DNA of 64,000 nt from Cenococcum geophilum (lineage: Eukaryota), in assembly GCA_050273025.1 (NCBI GenBank), contig CP158636.1, positions 10,292,001-10,356,000 on the forward strand, read 5' to 3'. The notes under the pieces are model-generated. The model saw nothing but the letters and a program-made list of their open reading frames with translations. It ran no database searches and was not told the DNA's origin. Made by a program: the position numbers and the translations under genes. This document shows positions 49,691-60,397 of this stretch, one piece after another. Within the stretch, counting starts at the first letter, position 1. Every line of letters starts with the position of its first letter.

Positions 49691-50499
49691 ATGTCTGCCC
49701 TTCCCGTCTCCTCCACCGACCACCCGCCCCACGGCCACCCAGAGAATACCACCACTGCTTCCACCCAGACTACTGATAAACCTGCCACCTCCTCGCACCC
49801 TCCTGCTTCGAAACCAGATCCCACCCTCTCCTCCAATGCCTCCCAAAGAGGACTCTCCGCCGCCACCACCGCCGGCTCCGCCGAACTCTCCGGTCTTATG
49901 ATAAGACTGCGGCAAGCGCTCCGCCAGTTCCCAGACTTCCCCTCGCCGGGCGTTCTGTTTGAAGATATCCTCCCGATATTCGCCAACCCGTCTCTCCATG
50001 AGGCTCTGCTACGCGCCCTCGAGCTACATGTGACACAGGTGTTCCCAGACGCACAGAAGCCCGACGTGATAGTCGGATTGGAAGCACGAGGGTTCCTGTT
50101 CGGCTCAAGCCTCGCGCTGCGGCTGGGCGCGAGCTTTGTACCCGCTAGGAAGAAGGGAAAGCTGCCCGGTCCATGTGAGACGGCGGCGTACCAGAAAGAG
50201 TATGGGGAGGATTTTTTTCAGATGCAGAGTGATGCTGTCAAGCCGGGGCAGAAGGTGCTGGTCGTGGACGATATAATTGCTACTGGTATGTTTTAATCGC
50301 TTCAATACACAATCTAAGCAGTGGACTGACGGATGGGTGAACAGGCGGTTCAGCTGCGGCTGCTGGATCGCTGGTAAAGAGGCTCGGAGGCACGCTTATG
50401 GGCTATAGCTTCATTCTTGAGCTTGACTTCTTGAAAGGGCGAGCGAAACTGGATGCTCCAGTATACACACTGCTGTCGAGCCAGGAGGAGAAGTCGTAG
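49691..50499 (+). CDS. APT1: Adenine phosphoribosyltransferase (exons 49691-50285, 50345-50499)
   Basis: [29 protein letters not shown], and PRPP motif [13 protein letters not shown] completed across a GTATGT...CAG intron. Confidence 0.95.
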
Positions 50500-51002
50500 G
50501 GCCCAGTCAGTTTGATGAGAAGGTACCAAACTCCTCGATAGCGGCCTCTACATGTCTCGGATTCGAGACGGAATATTGCATTGGGGAAGGCGTTCTCTAT
50601 TCTCTGTGTTTCTTCATCTACACTGCATAATAATATCCACAGCGCAGATAGAGAGTGGATGCCCACGATGCACGCTTGGCATCCTCACTCTCGGGGATCT
50701 AATGAGGAGCTGCATCTTCCCGTTTCTTTTCTCCTACATACTCAGATAGACTGGGCGTGTCTTGGTCTATCGCCCAGCAAAATATCACATTTTCCTGCCT
50801 GCGCCGCATAATCTCGCAGTCAAGTAACACGCGTTGCGCAAAGTCCTGCAGGCGGAGCGATCGGCAGAAATTATTTTTTTTGCTCGAGTACCCCTCGATT
50901 TTGGCCCCGCCCTGGCGAAGACGACCCAGACGCGAGAGCCCCCCACCTTACCAATCTGACGAAGCCACGCAACCGAAATCCTTCTCCAGAGTCCAGCCTG
51001 CG

Positions 51003-51992
51003 ATGCTCTGTCGCGCAACCACCATCGCTCGATACCTGACCCCCGTATTCTCTCACTCGCCAAGTTTCAGCTCTCGCAACCAATTACACGCCCGGGAAAT
51101 GTCTGACATGAAGAAAGTCTTCACCGCTAAAGCTTGCCCCCGTACGTAACACTCCCACTCCATGCGCCGCGATAGCAGAGCGACTTAGCTGACACGCGGG
51201 ACGCAGCCGCTGGCCCCTACGTATGTGCTCCCACCCAGTCTGCCACCCCCCTTTCCACTCAGGAGCACGCGCGGAGTGCATGGAGCACCCGCGACATGGC
51301 ATCCGGGACGCGCTCCCCGCCGCGCGCCACCTCCCCCGCAGCGCCTCCCCCCGGCCGAGCTATCGAATGCACGGCAGGCATACGCCGGAGGATATAATCT
51401 CAATCCCGACCTCGGATTGGGGATCGCGGATTGCAGACTTGAAATTAGGCGTTTAGGTGCAGTGCTGATGATGTTGCTAGACGCAAGCTATCGCAGCCGG
51501 CCCGCATATCTTTGTCTCAGGCCAGATTCCCGCGGATGCGCAAGGCAATTTGATCGAGGGCAGTATTGCGGAGAAGACGGAGAGCTGCTGCGAGAATGTG
51601 ATAGCGATACTTGAGGAGGCGGGCAGTGACATCAGCAGGGTTGTTAAGGTGGGTTAAGATTCCTCTCCCTGCCCCTGGCAGTGAGGTCGTGGAATGGGAT
51701 GGCAGTCAAACAGCTTCATGGCAATTAGCTTGGGTGTTTTGCGTGGCTTGGTTTCACGCAAAATGTTGCTGGATACTCTTACTAGGGTTTGCGGGCTCTT
51801 GCTAACTATTTGGGAAACTAGACAACTGTTTTCTTGGACGACATGGCCAATTTCAGCGAGATGAACGGCGTCTACGAGAAATTCTTTGCGCATAAACCTG
51901 CCAGGAGCTGTGTCGCCGTCAAGCAATTGCCTAAGGGAGTCCCTGTTGAGATTGAGTGCATTGCCCTTGCTGGGGGTTCAAGCAAGCTATGA
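51003..51992 (+). CDS. RidA/YjgF/UK114 enamine deaminase, Mmf1/Hmf1-like (exons 51003-51141, 51207-51220, 51481-51648, 51822-51992)
   Basis: Spliced product ...ACPPAGPYTQAI...FVSGQIP...[57 protein letters not shown]. Includes a 14-nt micro-exon; introns are canonical. Confidence 0.92.
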
Positions 51993-52560
51993 GCATCGTG
52001 AAAATAAAGCCGTATGCCATCGACTCGGAAGACAAAGACGGCCACACATCATTGGTAGATTGAACAACAAAATGCATAAGCTGGAAAAGTGTCAGTTCCA
52101 TAAATAGATAATATTTATCGAATCCGTTCTACTAGCTAGAGCCAAATCCGTCTGCTCCCTATAAGTCGAGGTGATTCTATTCTAACTTCATCCCTTGAGT
52201 GTTGGTTCCCTTACTTCGCCTCCAATCACCTTTCGCGTTGGGAACCGGCCGGTCGGCAGTGGCTGCTCAACACTTCCGTCCCCTCCACCTTACTCCCTGC
52301 CTTTCACATTCGCTATCTGGATGCAGCGGAAGTGTTTCTTTCTATCCCCGCAGCTATTATCAATGCAGGCTTGAACTTCTGTGGTAATAGTGTCTTTACC
52401 ATGAGCCAGTTTGGCTAATTCTCTCTCTGATCATTTGATGATACATCTCAGAATGCGAGAAAACAGTTGTTAGCCGCAAAGTTGCATACACCAGTTTGCT
52501 AGATGTTGCATGCATGGTGGTTGCCTCGGAGGGATCTCCAAATGGCTTCCGGTCATTACC

Positions 52561-54289
52561 TCAGGAACCGTCATCGTAAACAGTATCCGAGGGCCACGCG
52601 GAGCGGCTGAGAAGATTTCCCCACCACAGCATTGACTCCGATTCCTTGCGATGTTTAAGAATTGTTTCAAAATACTCTCTCACACTACTTCAAGTCAGCT
52701 GACGAAGTGATCTAGGTTCGGGGTCCTTACGGCTCGAAAATGTTGCGGACGTAATGGTCAATAAATGGAGCCCGAAAGTCTTCCATATTTGCAACCGATT
52801 CATTATCCAAGCAGTACGCAACTGCCTCCGTAAATCTATCCGAGCCAGACCTTTTTCTTATTTTCTGCAAGACCCTATCCCGAGATATTGTCTCATGCCC
52901 CTTTCCTCTATTCATAATGAATTGGATATTAGATTCGTTTGCTGAAGCTCCTTTGGTCTTATCAATTTGTAGTGAGCAAGCCATTGTGAGCTCTGCCAGA
53001 GTCATACCCAGTAGCAATAGCTTTTTCTTGATTCCAAGGTCTCCATGACAGTCATCCTTCTCAACGGCAGTGAGTGTATGTTGTCTATCATTAAGAGACA
53101 TCTGCTCAAACCGAAGGCCGCAGCAGCAAGGGTGGGTAGTCCAATTCGTCTCCCAGAGTAAGATGGTCCAATTTACAAATCCGAATATTAGATTAGCGCG
53201 ATCGCCCTCCCAAGCTTTGTATACTCCCTTGTCCCGCAAGATCCCATCCTGGAGAAGCTTCCTATACGAATGCGAACGTTGTCCAGCCGAGGGATCGAGA
53301 ACTCCAAAGCTTTGCTTTGCCTTGCCCTTAGAGCCAGGTGTTGCGTCAAGCAGACCTTCAGTGATCGCTTTGGTCAAAGATGCGACATCCGGATCAGAGT
53401 GGCGATGGTATATTCGAATCCTTCTCGAGGCCCACTGGGACTGTTGGTCCTTCACGTGCAATGCGAAGTCTATATCAATTTCACCCATTGTATCCCATTT
53501 CAAAGCGTCACCTTTATTGTCAGGCAGCCTGAGCTCCAGAGCCCATGATCGTGTCTTTTCCTCCGAGTCAAGACCCTTTTGCGCTTCATGTACGCGTCCT
53601 GCAAAGCTTGTAAGGCCTTCTACAAACTTCATTAGACGCTCCGCCCTCCTCAATTCCTCTCTAGTTGGGGGGTCGGTTGAGTTACTAAGTTGCTGCCGTC
53701 TAAACTGTATCTCGGAGAACTTGTCCAAGTTATCAATAGCCTTGTTCAGGTCATCCAGCTGCTGCCTTAATTTCCCGCTTTTATATAATGCGAAAGCAAT
53801 TTTTTGGGTGGGAGCTATTTGCTTCGAGCCTGCAGTAGGTTGGCCGTTCGCTACAGCCGATGCTTTTCCATTAGCTTTTAGTCGTGCTCTCGCGTTTTTG
53901 GAGGAACCTCTCATCGTCAACAAGGACCAGGCGCGCTTGACGACGGCCTTCGCTTTCCCAGAATTTCCCTTGCTCCCCTCGTCACGGAGTTCTCTCCCAA
54001 TCTCACCACATAACTTTCCAGTATCTGCGCACCAGTTCTTGATCTCCTCATAGTTGTCTCCCCAGAATGCTTTGTAGGTTTTGTCCGAGAAGCCATCCCA
54101 CCTCGTCTTCCAGTCCTCCAGTTGGGCCTCGCACTGCCACAACTGTCGCTTGAAGTCGCTAAGACGCCCTGGACAATTCCGATAATCGCGACCGGCCTGC
54201 TCGAGTAAGGTAATAGTTTGTAGTAAAAATCCAAGAGTGCCCAATGCTAATCCGGTTGCTGCACTAACTATAGACAATGGATCCGTCAT
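52561..54289 (-). CDS. HeLo-like N-terminal domain protein with a C-terminal kinase-C-lobe-like (DUF7580-like) region (exons 54289-52731, 52684-52561)
   Basis: N-terminus MTDPLSIVSAATGLALGTLGFL...CEAQLEDWKTRW. C-terminus LLLLGMTLAEL...RFTEAVAYCL...YVRNIFEP. A GTAAGG...GCTGAC...TAG intron leads to a short last exon ending DDGS*. Confidence 0.75.
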
Positions 54290-54733
54290 TGCGTGGACAG
54301 GAGAAGTCACAGGAACCTTAAGTTGAACGGGCTGGGGACCTCTCGAGAAGACCTTCCTGAAACATGCGGCTGAGCAAACCTACTGGCCTTTGCTCCGCCA
54401 CCCAGGTTCGCCCTCTCAGCATGGTTATCAGCCAGAAGGCAACGAGGCTTTGCCCTGTTAGAGCAGCTCAAAAGTTGCGGTATCGAGAGGCATTGGCAGG
54501 CCGGCTTCAAGTCCTTTAGCGAAGTATTGGCAAGCCACTGTCTCACAGCCCCATCAGAACCCGCAACCTGAAGCAAGATAGGGAATACGGTCAGCAGGAG
54601 GCTTTTGACAGAGGATGAATTCAAGAAAGGCTGCCGCTGCCTAAATACTCACCACCTATGTCCCGTATCAACGAGAACTTGATCGGCGTCTCAATTCATC
54701 GACTTTACCGCTCCATCAAGTCACGGCAGCACT

Positions 54734-57575
54734 ATGGACAATGCAACCCCCGGTGGCTCGCAAGGCCACGCACCTCTTGGCCTTTCGGAGCTCTTTCAGC
54801 AGATTGTTAGACGATTTCAAGCCTTGTTGGACAACAATCCACATGCCGTGAAGGATTCAGATCTCGCCCGCATGCTGGACGATATGCTGTTGAAGCTGAG
54901 ACATTGGAGCAATGAAATTAAATTCGACCAAGGAGTACTCGATCTGCTTGAAATGAAATCGACCAATCTTACACAAGCAACGCGGTTTTTCTTAGGAGAT
55001 ATTGACTTCAATCTGAGCAAGGTAGAGCAGGCTTGTAGTAATGCAGAACATTCTTCCAAAATGTATGTAATGACAATATTCACACACTTTCAAAAAACAG
55101 AGAACTGAAATCAGCGCTACTCGGGGTTTCAGAGTCGATCAACTAGACCAGCTTAAGAAATCTGTTAACTGCCTCAACGGCCAAGTTGCGCCGTTTTTGT
55201 CTTTTTGGTCGGTCGAGACCGGCGAGGGCGCTGTCTGGAGGCTTCGAGAGGAGCTTGCAAACACTCAAAATGCGCAAAATTTTCGCATAACGGAACCGGT
55301 TTCAGGACCCTCAGCATCGAAGGATCCTACACTGCGGTTTCGAAACACCAGCCCACCATTACCTCACAGCGCATTTCCGCGAACTTCTGTTGTTGATAAT
55401 TCCGACTCTCATCCTCTTAGCCCGTGGTCTAGAAAAGTTATCCTCTCACTCGGTATATTAGATCGAAGGAATTCAGTTTGCGTCAGAGCGCTAATATATT
55501 ATGTAGATGGCGGTGGAATCAGAGTATACACGTCCTTACTTATCCTGAGAAATATCATGGATCTCGTTGCGTCGATTGAGAGTAATTCACAACCTGAAGA
55601 GGACGTGAGTATTTTACAAGCCTCGCTTCCTAACCGTCTTGTAACAATACGTAGTTGAAAGTTACCACCTATATGCATCCACTTCATACGAATGAAACAA
55701 GCACAGACTACCCCTGGCTTGGCCATTCTCTGACAAAAGCAGCGAAACAACGTTTTGAAACGGACAATACACCACCAGACCCCCGGAGCTTCTCTAAAAG
55801 GCCTTCGGTCCCGCTAAAGTCCGATTTCCATCCTAGCCATTACTTTGACTACATCTTTGGAGCCGGGACCGGTGGGTATGTGTTCGGTAATCATTCTCAC
55901 AATCCCGATGTCATTTTGCTAACCTTCCCTAACAGCCTAGCTGCTATTGCACTGGGACGGATGCATGTTTCTATCAACGAAGCTCTTGAGCAGCTTGACA
56001 TCTTAGGTAATGAAGTCTTCGGTAAAAGGTCAGCCGTCAAAGAGGTCCCCCGGGCTATGATCCAGCCGTATGTAGGCGCATGGAAAGGCGCAGTAGCTGA
56101 CATATCACTATTCGGCGCTGATATGATGCATGAGTATACCCTAAACACGCTTGAAAAAGCATTGGAGAACATCATAGGAGATCATAAAGATATTGGAACG
56201 AATCATTTATGCCTCGACGTGAAGGAACAGTCATTTCGAAGTGATTCGAAAAAATGCCGAACGTAAGCTGGGTACCTATTTCATCCCGGAATAATGTAGC
56301 GTGAGCGCAGCTGACATTCTATGAAGTGTTGTAGTAGCTCAAAACCTACGGAAAACGGAGGATACTAACTTCTCAGGAACGGCATGCCTATTTCATAGCT
56401 TCGATACTCTGCCTTCTATGCGACCATCTTGTAGATTGGCGCCGATATTGCCACCCCTCTTTGACGTTGCAAAAATTACTCTCGCAACCCAAAACCTATT
56501 TCTACCTGTCAATATTGGATCTCTCGTCTTCCGAGACGCTACAAAGTTAGCAAATAACCCGTCTGTAATAGCTGTCGAAGAAGTTGAACTCCTCCACGAA
56601 CAGAATCCACAGTTGCTGCTTTCGATCGGTAGCGGTGCACCGGACCCACAGGACGATATGCACGAGCTGCAACAAACCATTGACTGGCAACGGCGTCGAT
56701 CGGTCGCCCCAGGCTCATCACTTGAGTGGGTCCAATCAGACAGTTTCAACAAGATTAAAATCCAGAGACGTCGACGTCGTACAGAAGCAGGCCCATTCAA
56801 TGACATGGCGAGAGACCTCACTGTAAGGTCAGAGAAAACCCACCAGCATCTTCTATCAACATATGGTAGAAAAATCCCCATTCACCGTTTCAACGTCCCG
56901 GGTTTAAAGGATGAGCCGCTTGATGAATGGCAGCCCAGGAAAGACGGGAGCCGAACAAAAGCCTTCTTAGAGCAAGAAACCAAAACATATATGCAAAAGC
57001 CAGAGGTCCACGCACAGTTGTTAAGAGTGGCATGGGATCTGGTAACCATACGCCGCCGAAGAGCTGAAACCGAACGGTGGGAGCAATTCGCCACCGACTT
57101 CATCTACACCTGCCCCGAAGAGGCGTGTCCCTCCAACGCCCTCTCCAGAATCTATGCCACCCGCGCAGACCTACGCACGCATGGCATCGAGCAGCATTCC
57201 ATAGAGCTCATCGCCGACGCCCAAGCCGGGCCCGGCAAGCCAGCCGAGCTCTTCTGCGGCCACGAGCCGTGCTGTACACGCCGTGACGATGTTTTTAGCA
57301 GCCTCGCAGAGGTGGGCGCTCATCTCAAGAGAGAGCATGGGGTTGCGGGGGCACGGCTGATGCGTCGGCATGAGCTGGAGCACTGGCTGGATCAGGGGCG
57401 AGCGCTGAAGAGTGAGACGGAGGCGTTCAATGTGAGGCCGAAGCTGGAGCAGGATTTGAAGGGCAGGCCGTCGTATCCGGCGCGTAATGCGAATTTTCGG
57501 GGGTTAGGCGATGTTATGAGGCGGGGGAAGAAGAAGAAGGGAAGGAAGGGGTCGGGGGAACGGCAAAAAGGTTGA
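54734..57575 (+). CDS. Patatin-like phospholipase homolog with degenerate active site, N-terminal helical domain and C-terminal C2H2-like Zn fingers (exons 54734-55062, 55115-55452, 55507-55604, 55655-55875, 55936-56262, 56327-57575)
   Basis: Five GT-AG introns keep one frame giving ILSLDGGGIRVY, HYFDYIFGAGTGGLAAIALGRM, CRTVVVA, FRDATKLANNP, LLSIGSG, CPEEAC...H...H and CGHEPC...H...H. Confidence 0.85.
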
Positions 57576-57928
57576 AAGCCCATTTACTATGTTCCTTCGG
57601 TATGGTATGTAGGCCGGAAACACGACACCTAATATTGAGTTAAAATTATCACGGAGCATGGGCAATCTAGTCCCGATTATTGGTATGCGAGAAAGGAAGC
57701 TTTGCAACTTGTATAATACTGCTACTCCAGCCTATGAAAATGTCTTCCGCCAATTCATGAATTAGGTTTCGTGATTTTAGAGGACCAGAGAATCGAAAAT
57801 CTAGCCATCGATGAGTGCCAAACTTCAATAACTCTCCTTTAGGCGGGAACCAAAATTGGAAAAGTTGAATTAGGATTCTCCGACTTCTGTTTCACTCCGA
57901 AGCTAGATTGCGGAGATAATGCGGGGCA

Positions 57929-58360
57929 TTAAATCAAAACGCTTCTGCTTGTAATCATTCCTGCATCTAGGCGATGTCCAAGATCTTTGTTCGTGATAAC
58001 TAGCGGGTTGGACATGTTGTACGCAGACTTGAGATGGTACTCAAACGCTCTCTCCTCTTCGAAAATATGAATTCCCTCACTTCGGCAATATCCCCAAATG
58101 CAAACGTACTTATATCTGGGATCGTTCTTAATATTTATCTTCTAGAAGGCTGCATGTTGATCAATATAATGATCACGGACCTCATCACGAGTAAGGAATA
58201 TCTGTTGGGTCTTGCAGAGACTCTCCGAACAGCGATAAGCGTAATTAAGGGTGAATTACTCCCATTCATCGGTCTTTGCCTAAGCCCGCCGGATATGGAT
58301 CAGCTCTCTTGCGTATTCAAGCATGCTTTGATTTACCTCAAGACAGCTATGGGCTTGCAC
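57929..58360 (-). pseudogene. RIP-decayed fragment paralogous to the C-terminus of the adjacent patatin/Zn-finger gene
   Basis: Minus frame EVNQSMLEYARELIHIRRA*AKTDEWE*FTLNYAYRCSESLC...RDEVRDHYIDQH...VCIWGYC...FEYHLKSAY...LGHRLDAG aligns to EVHAQLLRVAWDLVTIRRRRAETERWEQFATDFIYTCPEEAC...HLKREH...LEHWLDQG. Confidence 0.85.
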
Positions 58361-58381
58361 TAGCTTTGAGACCAAAAGGAG

Positions 58382-58497
58382 CAGGCTTGCAAATCATTCA
58401 ATTCAATTCAATTGACACCTCGAGTTGATTGAATTGGAAGCTTTGTAAGCAGAGGGCTTAATTAATTGAATTGATCGAATCAATATTGCAACGGTTG
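58382..58497. mobile_element. Possible short hAT-like/MITE remnant
   Basis: TTCAA/TTGAA subterminal repeats in opposite orientations between weak ends CAGGCTTGCAA and TTGCAACGGTTG. No TSD found. Confidence 0.3.
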
Positions 58498-59118
58498 CAA
58501 CTATATTCAACTGGTGTAGTAGTTAATAACTATCACGAGTCTTGGCATGGTGTTAATGCAGGAGGACCTACCTAACGACGCCTAGATCGTTTTCTACCGG
58601 CGTTCCTTTCGCCCCTGCCCTCCATATAGGCCTATTGCGAGTCTTGGCATGATGTTAAGTCACCTTCCTGCCGTGTATGTCCTGTTCCTTCCTTCTGCGG
58701 GCGCTTTAACTGCTGTAAGCTTTGCAGTGTGTGGGTATTGAACGAGCGACTTGATTGTAAATCTATGGAAATCAAGTAATATAAATACATGAAAGTAGAC
58801 CCCTAACTCCGAAGCCTATGACTCATTTCAAACGTATCCGAGGCATACGAGGGTAGTGCTGACGCAGGTGAAACAGGGTAATATGCAAGGTCCGGTAGTC
58901 GGTTACAACTGCCCATCTACTGTATCAATTATGCCTTCCTTACCCCACAATCCTTCCGCCATTAAAACTCCAATCATATTAGGTTATAGTTATGCGTAAT
59001 TGGCAGTAAGCAAGCCCGTAAGGCTAAATATATATTTAACATTAGTGGAGCCATGCGAGCGAGTCGTTAATAGTGAGTTCCTTTTAGTCTAGCTTGCTAA
59101 TAAGCAATCGGATTAGTA

Positions 59119-59867
59119 CAGTGAACGTCCTTAGGGTAACCTGCTCGTGCAAGCCAATCGTTATACTTATCGCGATTATTTATAGATGTCGTCTAAGCAA
59201 AGCCACTGCCAATTTAATAGTGTAAATAATAGGTAATTCTCGGATAAACTTTTTTAGTAAGGAACACTAACACATAGGTAAGGTTTGTAAGTTCGGTTAA
59301 GGCAGCAACGCTAAAAAATTTGCCACCAACCACCTAAGTCTCCTTAATAGCTAGATTACATATAAATTACTATAGAGACGATCTAATACGCGCCCCTTAA
59401 TGCTTTCTAAGTTGTTTATAACGCCACAGAAGCTCACAAATCCGTAGACGAACGTGGTGTTTCCATCGCCGACGAATCCGTGCCCACTCCTCTAAGATAA
59501 CCCGTTTAAAACTCTTAAGATCTTGCCAATTATTATATCTTAATCAAACTCGTTGCTTTAGGATATTCCATATACCTTCTATTAGATTAAGATTGGGCGA
59601 TTACGTAGGATGTAGCAAGACGTTAATCTAGTTCAATTTCTTTAACTTCTAAGCCTTATTATCCTGCGATCTCGTACTATATAAAGGATTATTATCCTCT
59701 TGTAAAATACCGTCGCGATTATAATATATTTATTACCTTTGGATTTCTTTAATATAGAGAGGAAGAAGACGCTCAGTATAATACTACTACGTCATTAAAT
59801 TGCCCTTTGGTTGCACGTCGGCGTCGTATAGTAGATAGGCCTGCCACTCTACTACTCGCTTATTATA
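59119..59867 (-). mobile_element. 3' part of a Tc1/mariner DDE transposon, RIP-decayed
   Basis: Minus strand ILQEDNNP and HPT*SPNLNLIEGIWNILKQR (SPDLNPIE-like). Candidate terminus TA|CAGTG at 59117-59123. Confidence 0.65.
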
Positions 59868-60397
59868 TGTTAGAATATAAGGTTATATGTAACCGACTAC
59901 CGAGGTTCGCATTACCTTATGACTCACCGCCCGTTTCTTGACATCGTATGTCTCACTACCTATGTCTCACTACCTATTTCCATTACCCATTGCCGACTGT
60001 AAGCGCTGTCTACCTCGGCAATTGTGCATCATTGTCATCATCTTCTTGTTACCCACTTCGTGTATATATAGACGCTTTAGAGCTACATTTATAATCAAGT
60101 CGCTCGTTCAATTCCCACACTGCAAAAGCTTACAGTTATAAGTCCGGCCTGCCTACCGTACTGCATCTAATCTGTATATTTAGCGCTTACTAAGCAATTA
60201 ATCTATTACCTTATTTAAGAAGTCACTACTTCTACCTTTGCTGTGTCTTAAGCTTCTTCACCTATTAAACAAACGGACGATTAACCTTAACTAATATACG
60301 TACCCAACCGACAAACGAACTATCCGCCCCACGGACTATTCGCTTACGCTTATAGTCCTACGCAGCTTAACGGAACACCGAGCTCAACGGAACGTGT
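59868..60397 (+). mobile_element. 5' LTR (59868-60134) and leader of a Copia-like element, interrupted by Gypsy-C
   Basis: TGTTAG...CTTACA followed by PBS-like GTTATAAGTCC. Homologous to LTR-X. Confidence 0.7.

Noticed and set aside
53070..54053. 327-aa plus-strand ORF
   Set aside because: Antisense shadow of the HeLo-like gene; no motifs.
58034..58363. 109-aa plus-strand ORF
   Set aside because: Antisense of the patatin-paralog pseudogene on the minus strand.
58500..59110. Possible LINE/SINE 3' ends (GCCCGTAAGGCTAAATATAT) and a short duplicated 20-mer
   Set aside because: Too fragmentary to assign boundaries or a family.
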